From NCBI RefSeq assembly GCF_026210795.1, contig NC_089430.1:1984001-2048000 (forward strand): a stretch of DNA of 64,000 nt, given 5' to 3'. Below, piece after piece: positions 40,423 to 53,520 of the stretch. The DNA is from Rhizophagus irregularis. Lineage: Eukaryota. The position numbers and the translations under genes were made by a program. Below the pieces are notes generated by a model. The model worked only from the letters and a program-made list of their open reading frames with translations, was not told the origin of the DNA and did no database searches. Positions within the stretch are counted from its first letter, which is position 1. Every line of letters begins with the position of its first letter.

Positions 40423-43400
40423 CAATCATCGGTCATGTCACGGATCGGCATAGGGAACTGATTTCTATTAGAGGATCGACATGATTGCCGATCACTTTTT
40501 TAAAAACCGTTTTTTACTAAAATAAAAAAAATTTACATAATAATATATACTGAAATTTTACATGTAGTTTTGTATCATGTCGGAGCTATTATGTATTAAT
40601 TTTTGTCAGAATTGGATGATTATTGAGCTACTTTTACTATAAAAAACTTCTAAGTGAACGAAAAAATGCAAATTTTGATGTATATGCAAACATGAAAAAA
40701 TCTTGTATTACCGTAGTTTGTAACACTAAGATATTTGAAACTTCGAGATGGAAAAAATATATTTTTGTCTTCATATGGTTAAAAAAAACTGTCTATAACT
40801 TGCATCTCAGCTTTACTTTTACCCTATTTTTGCGGTTTTTTAAAAAATACTTAATTACAAATGTTAGAACACAATGATAGGTTTTCTTTAAACTCACTTT
40901 TTGAAAACTTTACAGAGGAATCAGAAGAGTTGGAGGACGACATAAGCAGTGATAATGAAGGGAGTGACTGTGAGTTTTTTGGTTCTTTTGCTGATTTTGA
41001 CGAATGTAATATTAGATTTTTACATAGAATATCTGAAAATATTGATGTAACTAGTAGTTCTGACTCCGATATTTATGAAGATGAAATAAATGAAGACCTT
41101 GAATGTGAAAATGAGTGTAATAACGAACAGTCTCCATGTAACAATAATAATGAATATCACGAAATTATAGCAGATTTAGAGTTAAAAGATTTGACGGCGT
41201 GTGTGGTAATTGATTTTATTAATGGTAAGTTTCAACGGTGTGGGCAAAATGAAGGAAAGATAAGGCAATTGCGTAACCTTTTTGGCACATGGCAAATAGA
41301 TCGTGACGCTGTTAAAGAAGTAAATGGTATTTTACCAAGATTGGGAGTTTGTGATTCACATTTTCAATTTGACAATAAATACCTGCATAAACCACGAGAA
41401 AAAAAATTTAAAGACTTTGAATCAGGAATAATACAATGGTGTAGATGTATGTCTTGTGATAAATTTGTGAATTTTTTTTCACGGGGTATGGGATGTGCTC
41501 AACATTCTTGGTATATAAATAAACATAATATTCAAGTATCATGTATTGGACAATATGGCTGTGAAGCGTTAAAAGAATGTGATCCTTTATGTGTTCAAGC
41601 ATTTGATAATATTAAAAGATCAAGATCTATTTGCTGTTCATGTTACGAAAAACTTGGGGGTCATATTTATCAACGTCCAGGAAGAGGAAAAAAAGGAAGT
41701 ACATGTGTCAATAAACAATTACATTTAGAAGATATTAGTAAAGGGCTCGAATTTTTGGGTAATTGGTTGATTGACATTTCACGAACTCAAGATGAAGAAT
41801 TAAAAAAACAAATATTGGTAGCGTTAGTTAATACTCTTATTCCTTTTGCGCCCCATTCATATTATAATAAAGAAACTAATAATCCTATTCCTATTTCTAC
41901 AAGTAAAATTACTCAACCACCTAGTTTATTTCTAATTAAAATGCTTTTTATTAAATTTTTTAAAAAAATAAATGACAACCCAAAAATAAACATTGATAAT
42001 TTTAAGGAACTTGGAAGTATAATTGGAAATAAATTGTGGAATTCACGATCAGATGTTATTGCAAATAAATCTTCCTTAGAATCACCACAAACTATCCAAG
42101 AATATTATAATGCATTTCCGAATTTTATAACTACATTTTTTTGGGGAATAATTTATAAGTTGCAAGAAAAAAAAATAGAAATAAGTAATCGTCAGCAAAA
42201 AAAACGTAACAAGCCTCTTCAAACTGTTAATCACAAAAAATTAACTAAAGTAGTGACATTTATTACCTCAATATTAATAGGATTTGCTTTTCCTTCTTTA
42301 AAAATTTGGTTACCTCGAGTTTTAGCAAGTTTGGTTCGTAGACCACGATTATTAAGTTCACTCTGCCAACTATTAACAATGTGTCATGTAACATCTCACA
42401 TAGATAGATATGAAAGAAAGCTTGCTAATGTTCGAATGAAAAATGCTAATCCAACACAACGCCTAATTAAAAAAAATAATATTTGGAATTTAGCAATCAT
42501 CGATAACATTGATTTCAAAGAAAAAAGTTTTAAGTTTGGAAATATTTACGATGTTACTCAAGAAAGTTCTCATGCAATATTAAGAATGGCCTTTCAAATA
42601 CAGCTACCAATAGATATAATAAGGACTGGACCTGAAGAAATGGTTGAATTAACTGCAGATACACCGTTATTTGGTATGAACTCTAGGATAGATCAATTAT
42701 TAATGACTTTTCAAGAAGTATTCAAAGAATTATTAGATTTTAAAAATATCAATGGCGAATTATCTTACAGAAAAGATTTTGATGCTAAAAGCGTTAAAGA
42801 TATTTTACTTTCCAAATTAGATTATGGATGTTTAGAACCATCACCTAATGTCATTATCCTTGAACCCGGAAATAACCCCAATTCAGATGAAGAGATTTTA
42901 AATGCCGCTGAGATGTATAAAAAAGAATTTGATTTAAAAGATTATGAATTTCTTGATATTGTTGCTGATGAAGCAATATATCGTAGATTAATTAAATGTA
43001 AAAAAAAATGGACAAAATTAAGACCTCACCTAGGTCAGTGGCACACGTCTAAGGACTTTTGCTCAGTACTTTTAGTTCTATTTTCAAGTTATGGATTATT
43101 AAGTTTAGCTTCACGTCTTGGTGTGCGATTTTTAGATAAACTTGAAATTGTTGTGGACTATCGTTCAACAGCTAGAGTATTAGATCTCTTGTGGGTTGCT
43201 GTAAAAATCGCTATTAATATTTATATTAATTTAAAAAAAATAAATTTTTCCGAAATTTTAGATGGTAAAAATGATACTCACATTTGTCTTAAAGTTTGGT
43301 ACCTTTATTATAGATGGGCGGGTATTTGGAAAGCTCATAAAATGGGAATGCGTATAGGAAATTTCAGTATTCAAAAAGATTCTTTAGCTGCAGCCGCGCC

Positions 43401-44820
43401 TCTTTTTGCTAGTGCTGCTAAATCCAATTATACAACTGCAATTGCCCATTATCTTTCAACACTAGCTGCTTTTCCACAATTAGAAGAAAAGTTACGTTGT
43501 GTTGGTTCTTTTAAAATTCCACGTGAACAACATGAAGAAAACCATATCTGTTTAGGTTTTGATGAGGCGTTAGAGACGTTTGGAGTGAAATATGTTAAAC
43601 AAAATGTCACCGGAAATACAATTGATGAAAAATGTCTTAAAGATCAAATAAAAGCAGTTCAGGATGAAAGGGCCAGGATAGATTTGCTAATATATGAATA
43701 TTTAGATAATAAATCAATATTACCGGCTGAACGAACTAGTAAATCACGAATGGCACCATTGTGGGATCTTGTAGGCGATCTAGTAGATATTTTTGGGATG
43801 TCAGATCCTTTGTCTCACGATCTATTTCAAGAATATCAACCAACTGAACTGCACCATCAAGGAGTTGAACGTCTAATTTCATGCTATCAGAAAGGATTAA
43901 CGTGAATCAAAACAGTTTATCGACAAGAAGTTCTAGAAATAGAATGCAGAAACACACATGGTAGAAGAGCAATAGAAGTTGTTAGAACTAGATTGAAAGA
44001 TTTTACCCAGCAAAAGAAAAATCGTCGGACTAAAGTTAAATTATCTCAAGGTACATCACGAACAGGTGGATCTCGTAATGCAGATAATTTAGAATTGTCA
44101 CACTTACCTAATGACCAAATCAGTTTACTAAAGAAAAAACGTAAACAAACAACCCCGGAAGAAGAAAAAATACTTGAGGCGTTATTAGTTTATGAAGATG
44201 AGTTACCAGACTCAGCTATTAATGAGGTTCTTGATAAACTTTCAAGTGATTGGAATAAAACTAAAGTTAAAGCAGCGTGGAGATACCGTAAATCTAAAAT
44301 TCAAATTATAAATAATAACAATAATAAATAATGTAAGTTTTTTGTTAAATTAACGTTATTTTACAAAATGAACAAATAAATACAATAAAATTTTAAAATT
44401 ATAATCTAAACAATATTAATTACTGATTAATTGGGTGCAAAAAACTATAAATTATAAAATTTCGGCAAAATTTATTAATCTAACCACCTTTTGTCGGATA
44501 TGTTTTTTGATCGTACATAAAAAGTTACATATAATTGGTAATTTAAGATCGCGTTACGTTTTCATATAAACTTGCATCTCTGGGTTAAGTCCAAAAAAAT
44601 AGAAAAGGTTGTTCAAATAGGAAATTTTTGTACAAATGTTTTTTTGCAAAGAAAATTATTGGAATATGTAGATTAAACCTTTAGTAAATAAAAGTAATTA
44701 AAATGTGAAGTTCGTTAACTTGAAAAAAAAGTTTTATATTAGAACGGAATTTCACGTGATTTAACGTTACACCAATTTCATATTAATGATCGGCAGTTCC
44801 TGTGACATGACCGATGATTG
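40423..44820 (+). mobile_element. Academ-like DNA transposon inserted in the LINE 3' UTR
   Basis: Perfect 19-bp TIR CAATCATCGGTCATGTCAC / GTGACATGACCGATGATTG, ATAA on both flanks (40419-40422, 44821-44824). The superfamily call rests on motif recall. Confidence 0.8.
40861..44331 (+). pseudogene. Putative Academ/DUF6589-like transposase with Cys-rich N-terminal region and C-terminal homeodomain-like module; one in-frame TGA at 43903-43905
   Basis: Motifs IIDNIDF, IVADEAIY, HLGQWH, GFDEALE; ORF 43993-44331 is in the same frame with an open linker; KKKRKQTTPEEEKILE..WNKTKVKAAWRYRK resembles a homeodomain. Confidence 0.7.
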
Positions 44821-44872
44821 ATAATGTATATACATAAAAACTCACCCAAAGGGCGAAAATTAAAGAAATAAA

Positions 44873-47800
44873 TCAGTAACTAATGATCAGGATCACATGT
44901 ATTATAAAATCCAACGTTTTCTGATTAAAATATATACCACGCAGAAGCCCTTCAGCCTTAATTTTAGGGTTTCTTATAGGTAATCTTCTATCTTCTAATC
45001 TTCCATTAATACTTTTATTCCTCATAAACTTCCTTTTTCTATTTATTCTTAATTTCTTTTCTTTCTCAATTTGTCGATTACAACGTTCATACCAAATCAA
45101 TTTAGTTTCATCGTATATAAAATCTAAAAATAAGACGCTAATTGTATTTCGATCTTTTAGATTCATTTTAACCTTTAATGTTAAATATTCAGTTAACCCC
45201 AAAGGAAATATACCTTTAATAATATCTATAAAGGTAAACTGTGTTTTACTATAAAATAATTTTGAAAATGTTTCATTCCAAACATAATCATAGAAATTTC
45301 CTTCATCTAATGTGTATTTGTCTATACTTTTGATTTCATTAACCATAAGATCAAAAGCATCTTTAATAATTTTTTTCATTTTTTTATTTTCCGAATTACA
45401 TAACCACACATGGTGGAATGTCTCTCTTTTTCTTCCACAACGTACACATTTCCAATTTTTGTATATATCAAAATTTGATTTCTTACATTGTTCTATTGTT
45501 GGAATTTCTTCTATTATCCTTTGTATCTTTTTTCTCCTTTTCTTTGAAGTCCAAAAAGAAGTTGTCAGAGCCTTTTCCTTTTCTTTCAAATATTCAAACG
45601 TAACAGCCCAATCTATACTTAATTTATCATATTTAACGTTCCTATTAAGAAAAATGAACTTTTCTAGATTAATTGTTTCGGTATAGTGTCTAATGAATCT
45701 TCGTAATTGTGTTTCGATATTAACATTATTACACATAATTGAGTACTTAATCTGAGAAAGTTCTTCATATTTCAAATTTATCAAATAAGTACTATTTAAA
45801 TCATTAAAACGTTCTTTAATTCTTTTATCTAACTCATTATGATAAACGTTATCCGCATGAGCTTTCACCTTAATTATTGTTGGAAAAAACGAAAAATTTT
45901 CCTTAATTATTATTCTAATTAACGCCCATAAGTAGATATTCGATTGTTCTTTAAAAATTTTCCTCGCATTTGTAAAATCGTTAGTTTGACATAAAATATT
46001 GTATCTATTATATACACTTTCACAATCTGTATAAATTATTACGTTATCACAACGATGGCATACTATTAGCGCTATCAAAAAAGCTAAAGTTTCAGTTTTC
46101 GCCGGCGTTATCCAATTTTCAACTGAAACATATATTTCATCTAATATTAAATGATTTTCATCGTAAACGCACACACCAGAAATCCCAGCTATATTTTCTG
46201 TACCACTATTAGCATAACAGAGTTTCTTAAATAATCATTGGTTACACGAACTATTTATATAGCGTATAGAATAGCACATATAGTAAATCATGATGTGTTA
46301 TATTAAGCTACATTAAAGACCTATCCGTTTGACGCGAAATTTCACTAGAACATATTTCTGCTGTTACTCTACCATTATATGCATTATGATCTCTATGATC
46401 TCTTTATTCCACCAAGTTTTACTAGGAAGAACTTTAGAATTACGAACATGTTACACAAAGTCAGTATATTGGTTTTATACCTTTTAAAGACCAAAATATT
46501 AATGAAACTTGGGTCTTTTTCTTACAAAAAATCCTTTTATATTCACGTGAGCAAGGTTGAAATATGAAGAGATGATCATTTCTTTTAAAGCTTTTTGTGA
46601 AACTCCAAGATTGGCGTTACGAAGTTGTTCTTATGAAATTTGATTTACCAATCAGAATCCTTATAGATCAACCAATGAAATCAAACTTCTGTTATGCTAC
46701 CACTATTAACTACCGAACCATCTACATAAATGTGTACTCTCTTTTTATCCTGCTTAATTATTTTATCATTAATATTCATTAATTTTTCCACGCTAAGATT
46801 ATTATTAAATTTTTCTTTTAAAATAATTTTTTCTATTATATTTTTGACTGAGCTCATTGAACATCCCCTCATTTCATCTGTTCTAATATCATCTGCCAGA
46901 TATCGATCAGGATTATTTCTAAAAAATTCTTCATATCTAATTTTAATGTCAAAATGATGTTGAGATATATCTGGAATTATAGCCGATTTATTTTTCGTTA
47001 AGACCCTTTTCATTGATCTTTTTTGATTTTCTAAAAAATATACCTTTTCCGGTACCGCACCAAATATACATATATTTTTAATTCTGTTTTTAGTTAACGT
47101 ATCATCGTCTAATATACAACCTTCACATTTTTTAAATACTATATTAAAATCTTCCGGATCATTTACTGTAGTATGATGTAAAATAATCGCTTCTTCTTTA
47201 TCTAGTTTAAAAACTTTTCCGTATAAAACCTTTTGTTCTATCTTGTCAAAAGTCCCCACAAACTTATCTGATAAAGGGTTAGTTGTAATTGGAAAAATTT
47301 CTTCTCCTTTTAAATTTGTAACGTAATTGACAGTTATTTTATCAAAAATATTTTTTTTAATTTTTCTATTAATATTAGGCATTTCTATAATTTCTTTTTC
47401 TAATTGGTCCCAATTCTTTTTAATTGAGTTCCTCGACCGTAACTTTTTTCTAACATATTTCTTATAAAATAATTCTTTGAACGTTAACATACTCCTTCCA
47501 TCCAAAGTAAGAATTTGATCCAAAAATATGATATTTAATTTTTTAATCAATTTAAAATTGTTAAAATACGTATCTTTTTTTAATACTTCCTTTATGGTTA
47601 AATTACCACCTTTAACCTCCATATTATTTATAACGCTTTCAACTTTAAAATCGAAATTATGTTTTTTTGCTAAACTTATGTTTTCTAACAAAAATATATT
47701 TCTAAACAAAGTAGGAAAAATTTTTTTGAACCTTACAATATCATCAAATGACAATTCTTTGAGAGGATTTTTTGTTAGCATCAACATTTCTTGCAAATTA

Positions 47801-50800
47801 AAAAGCCTAATTTCCATTATTTTGCCTAACTCATTTTCATCATTGATTTGAATTACAAAATTTGTTATCTTTGCTTGTAATTGATTATCATGAAAACTTT
47901 TGACGTTATAAATCTCTTTCATATGCACTATAGCATTAGGTGCAGTTATCGCCAAACCTAACTTATTTTTAAACATTTTTCTAAAGGGAACAATTAATTC
48001 ATCACATTCTTTTTCGGTCAGAACAATTAACTGTGTACAGTATTTGACTCTAGGAACGATTAACATATTGAAAATATACACCATTTGTTTATCTGTCAAC
48101 CTTTTCTTCAAAAGTAAGGATTGATAAAAATTCTTAATTTCTTCTTTCATCTTAACTAAAACATGGTTCTTCTGGTTAAACGCATTGAACCAAACACCCA
48201 GAATTCTTATGGATCCCTTCCGTTCTGCTGGAATTATATCAATTTTACTATTTCCAAACCTAATATTAATTTCTTTCTGTTCATTAAGATCAATTTTCCT
48301 GTCTTTTGTCCTTAAGAGCAACTCTGATTTTTCTTTGTTAATTTTAATATCATTCATTCTATAAAATGAATCTGCTATTTCTAAAATTTTTTCCAAGTTG
48401 TCTTTACAGTCTGATATAAAATTCATATCATCCATATAAGACAAACCTGGAAAATTAAAAGCTAAAGGTCTTTCTATATTTTCATAATGATTAATTATTT
48501 GTTTTCCATCGATCTGATATCCCAAGTCTGAATTCTTGATCTTAGTCAACAAAGGATCATAATATATTATCCATAAAAGAGGCGATATTATTTCTCCTTA
48601 ATCGATACCGCACTGCATATCATATAATTCTGTTAAGCCACTTTGCGTGAAAACTCTATTTTTTCTTCCCAAAAATAAACTGGTTAATATTTTTTGTAAC
48701 TTTTTTGGAAATTTGATTCTTTCCATCGCCTTTTCTAACATGCTAATATTTATTCTATCGTAAGCTTTTGACATGTCTAAAGCTAATAGCCATAATTCTT
48801 TATTTCTTTCGTTTGCATGATTTATAACCTCATTAATAATTCTTAAAGGTTCAAAAGTAGAGTTCAAGGGTAGTCCTGCGTATTGATATCCTTGTAAAAC
48901 CCTTTTTTCTTTAATTACTTTCGATAATCTTTTAGTTAAGATTTTCATCATTGTTTTTCTCGTTACTTCTAAAAGAGTTATTGGTCTAGTATTAACCAAT
49001 CTATGCCCCCACAGTTTCGGTTTGGGTATAGGATAAATATTCGCAATTTTCCAATCATTAGGCATTTCTTGTGTTCTAAAAACATCATCTATTAAATTTC
49101 TAAAAAGTTCGTTAAATTCTTTAGGAGCATATTTAATATCTTCATATGTCATCGTTGTTGGCCCCGATGCTTTATGTAAAGGTAAAGCCTTAATTAACTC
49201 TACCCATTCCTCATCATTTATAGGGTCAAGCACGTTCTGATAAATGTTTTCTTCTACATTAGATTTAGACTCGTATTCATTCTTCCAAAAATCTGGTAAT
49301 TCTACATCATGATTCTGGATTCCAGCAAAATTCTTAAAATGCTCAATCGTTAATTTATTTATCTCTGCTTCGTCTGTCACAAGAATATCTTGTCCATCTT
49401 TATCTTCTGTTAACAGTCTATCAATAACAATTTTTTTAATCTCTTTTTCCATCACACTATCGATCATTCTTCGTTGATTACTATGCAAATCTTCACAGCG
49501 TCTTTCGACTGCCTCTTTAATTTTTTCCTCTTTAACTTTAGCCGATTCATAAGACAATTTCAAAAATATTATATCATAAACCTCGTTCAATTCTTTAATA
49601 TATTTGTAAATTAATATTTTCCTCAAAAACATATTTTCGCTGAAGTAATAATTTTCTTCTATGTTTAATTTTTTTAATAGCTTTCTAAAATGCCATTGAT
49701 ATTGCCTCCATTTTTTCCGTAATAAAGTTCTACCACTCTTTTTTTTTAATTTTTTCCTTAAAAATATTATATATCTAAGTTTTTTATACAAATCCTGTTG
49801 CTTGTATTCATCAATTATATTATTATTTTTAATAGTTATTTCATTTTTCTTGATATATTTTTCTTTTACCTCTCTTATACTTCTTTCGTAAAACTCCCAC
49901 TTTTCTTCAATCGACCAATTTTTATCCCAAAAACTAGCGCAGTCGATTAGTTCATTATCAAAAGATTCTTTTTCTTTTTCCTCTGTATTACTATATTCAT
50001 AAATTATTCTCTTGTTAATCGATTTCTTAAACGGCATCTTAGGAGTTATTAAATTTTCAGTAAATCCTATTAAAAGCATTCTGTGATCCGTCTTAATATC
50101 ACTAAAATCTTTAATTTTTGCTATAATTATTTCGTTAAAAATATTTTCGGTTACCCAAATATAATCTATTCTACTGCCTTTCCCGGTAGTTTTATTAGTA
50201 AAGGTATTAATAATTTTTCTGTTTTCCATGTCATACTCTTCTTTGTGAACGTCCCACATATTTAATTCTTCCATTTTTCCGAATATTTTTAAACTTTTAT
50301 AACAATATTTATTATTTTTAACTTTTTCGTCATATTTTTTATATTCTAAATTAAAGTCTCCCAGACAAATAATTTCCATCTTTTTTGTTTTTGCCTCTTT
50401 AATTAATTTAATAATTCGTTCATTAGTTTCTATTTTTTCTTCTACTTTCCTCGTACCAGATTTGTTATATACTAGAATAATTCTTAATTTTTTATTTTTC
50501 TTAAAAGAAAAATCTACAACCATTAAACGTCCTCCGTATTTTTCAATGTTATATATATGTTTTCCCATCTACGGTGAATTAATAAAGTCAACCCAGCACT
50601 TTGTTTAATGTTTTCAATGTTATAATTAATAATTGTATATTCATGACCAACAAGATTCATAAATTTAATCTCTCTATCCATACGATGGGTTTCTGTTAAA
50701 CCTATAATGTTAATATTTTCTTTTTTCATGTAATTAATTAAAATATTTAATTTTGTTTCACTTAAATTTTGTACATTTAAGGTTGCTATTTTTGGTATCA

Positions 50801-50987
50801 TTTTTTGTTCTTTTTTAAGATCATGCGTTGGTATATCTGAATTTGTTGCCAAAGCGTCTATATTTAACGTTTTTTTCTTTTTCTTTTTCTTTTTTCTATA
50901 ATTATTATTATTTTTTTTAATTTGGGGATTTGATTGATAATTATAATTATTATTTAATATTGGTATATTATTTGGTTGTACTATCAT
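44873..50987 (-). pseudogene. LINE ORF2: APE endonuclease, reverse transcriptase, RNase H, C-terminal Cys/His motif; disrupted
   Basis: IATLNVQ, GLTET, GDFN, SRIDYIW, TDH; RPITLL, LDMSKAYD, GID*GEIISPLLW (TAA 48598-48600), YMDD; YVDGS, IYTDC, KVKAH; CVRC..HVWLC. Frameshift near 50550. Confidence 0.9.
46210..46699. mobile_element. About 490-bp MITE inserted in the LINE RNase H domain
   Basis: TIR TAGCATAACAGA / TCTGTTATGCTA; duplicated flank TACCACTATTA overlaps the TIR, so the TSD is 7, 9 or 11 bp. Removal restores DGSVVNSGTENIAGISGVCVY. Confidence 0.88.
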
Positions 50988-51062
50988 TAATAAGTATTAT
51001 TTTGGTTTAAGTTGAATGAACTTCTAATATCCCCATTATTAGAAGTTATTGTATCATGGCGC

Positions 51063-53148
51063 TCATAATTGGCCATTAATATTATTAATCATGCTGAACA
51101 TCTTGTTTAAAAGTTGATCTTGTTTATCGACCTTGGATTCTAATCCCAAAATTACGTCATTATCTTCATTTTCACTTGAAGAACTATCAGCCTTTGTTCT
51201 TTTATTGTTATTGTTGATTAATGATGCTTTATTATTAACGTTAAAAGTGACTTTTTTCTTGTTGTTTTGTTGAAGACCTTCTTTGATCTTGTTAATTTCT
51301 TGTTTAACTTGATTGTTATCATTTTTAAATTCGGTGAATAAATTAGTTAATTCCTTCAATTGTTGTTTAATTTCGTTAATGTCTTGATCACGTGATTTTG
51401 AGCTATCATTCTTATTGTTATAAGCATTTTTCTTTTTATCGTGCATCGAACTTCCTACACTTGTTCCCTTCCATTTTTTTACACCTTCATATTCCGCTTC
51501 ATCATCATCATCCCAATCACTAATTCCCTCATCACCTGAAGATTCGGGATAATTTCTATTAATATTGTCTTGATTCCAACGACGTCGTTGATTCCCCCTT
51601 TTATTTTTGGCTGCGTCTGCATATGAATTAAAATCGTTGTCGATTACGATTTTTATATTGTTGTAAAAGTTGATATCTATTAAGTGGTTTATATCTCCGA
51701 TTATCCACTTCACATTCCCTAGCAAGGTGGCTGGTGTAACCACACTTATGACACGATTTTTCTTCTGTCGTTGACCATTCTAGTTGTCGCCCTTCAAATT
51801 CGTATATATTATTCGTTCCAATTGCAAAATCTTCTTCATTTTTAAAATACACAAATGCGAATCTCATCGGTTTGTAAGTTATTGGATTTTTTGGAATAAA
51901 AATTGAGACTGCGCTGATTTCGTTTACCAGTTCTTGTAAATCTCGTGCAAAAGTGTTTGAAGGTAATCCGTTAATCTTGGCAGCATATTGCGTCCTTTCA
52001 TTCCTTTTTTCTTCTGACAATAAACACGGCACTACAGACAAACATTCCTTGAATGCCTACACACTGCCTTGACCGTAAAACCTTTGTACACTCTGTTCAT
52101 CTTTATATGTTATAAACACTTGTCGGTATATTCCTTTGAGTCTTGTACTGATTCCATCTTCTTCAACATCACCATATCAATTGAATACGGCTCTCAAGGT
52201 CGCATTTTCCATAGTAATGGGAATGTTAAAAACTTTAATTGTACGATTTTCATGTTCTTGCCTGATTTGTTTTCTTTTTTCATAATAATCTTCAATCGGT
52301 GTAAACCTATAATTAACAGCTTCTTCTCCTTCTTTCGGCATATTAAAGTTTAAATCTTCTAAGGTTTTCATATCTTCGTTCGTACCAACCTTTACGGAAA
52401 TCACGTGATTCTTCTGACCATCCTTATTTGTTTTCTTTTCTTGTATGACCAAGGTTACGTCTACTTTTGATTTGACCGTTCTAATAATGAAATTACAAAA
52501 AGCTGCACTGCCTTCCTCTTCAGGTAAAAGACATTGCGCCTTAAGCGAAACTAGTTTATTGATAGTTATTGGCGTAATTTCAGGATCATCCATTACTATT
52601 TCTGGTAGTGGCTTAGCCATCAGATCTGCAGATCCATCTGGCCCTTTCTTCTGAAAATCTTGATCAATTGGAGATTTATCACTCAATTCCTTATTGGGGA
52701 GATCATCATTAATCTCCACATGTACTTTATCTTTATTCACATTTAACATAGACGGTTGAGTAGATTGATTTTTTCTTGTTTCTTCTGTACTTCCCATGGT
52801 TGAATTTTTCGGGGTTTCAGTGGTTTTGGCTTTTTTCGAACTATAAGAATTTTTAGGAATTTCGTATGGTACGTAACTATGAACCAACCTAAGAGGAGGT
52901 TGTTGTCCCTTCATATGAGCCGTGTCTCTATTAGCCAGGAGACGTCATTCTGCCTCCTGCTTTTTCTCTTTATTTTCTTTGCGTTTGTTTGCTTTGGTTT
53001 TAACTGTCTGGAATTCCCCTTCGTCGTACTCAAAAGAGAAACTGTTGCGTGGAGGAATAACTTTAGCTATCCCTTCCATACCATCTCCCGGTTCTTTAAC
53101 TGTGTCTTGTCTGGTAGCACTTCTCGTAGTCCTTCCAGGTTTTGACAT
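51063..53148 (-). pseudogene. LINE ORF1 (RRM-like regions, CCHC zinc knuckle, coiled coil); disrupted
   Basis: CHKCGYTSHLAREC, 'KINGLP..FAFVYF'; fragments 52945-53148, 52177-52914 and 51628-52041 share a frame, split by TGA, TGA and TAG; frameshift near 51640. Confidence 0.85.
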
Positions 53149-53520
53149 AGTGTGTAATATACTTGAAAAATAAAAATTTTATCGAAAAACTGGGTATCTA
53201 TTTTTTGTAAGATCTTTGTACAATTTTGAACGAGCTATAGGAATAGCAAAAAAAATCTAAAAAACGTTAGCTTCGCTATACTAACATATATATAAAATTA
53301 TCTGAGACTTTTTCATCCAAATTTGGACTTATGGTTAGATCAAATGCAAAATCTAATCCATAAAAATGCACTAACTAATCCATAAAACCGCACAATTTTT
53401 CACAATTTTTCATAATTTTTCATTTTAAGATATGATTGTCAATGATCTAATGCATTCCAGGATATGATGATCATTTTGGCACAAAAAAATCTATCGAATT
53501 ATTTGATATGAGGGTTAAAT

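Larger units (their letters stand above)
40218..53247 (-). mobile_element. Full-length decayed LINE (ORF1 + EN-RT-RNase H ORF2) with two nested insertions
   Basis: Poly(A) tail seen as T-run 40218-40234; TSD AAAAAAAATCTAAAAAACG at 40199-40217 and 53248-53266. Confidence 0.92.

Noticed and set aside
43903..43905. Programmed read-through or alternative genetic code for the in-frame stops
   Set aside because: Stops are of all three types and co-occur with frameshifts in neighbouring elements; mutational decay is simpler.
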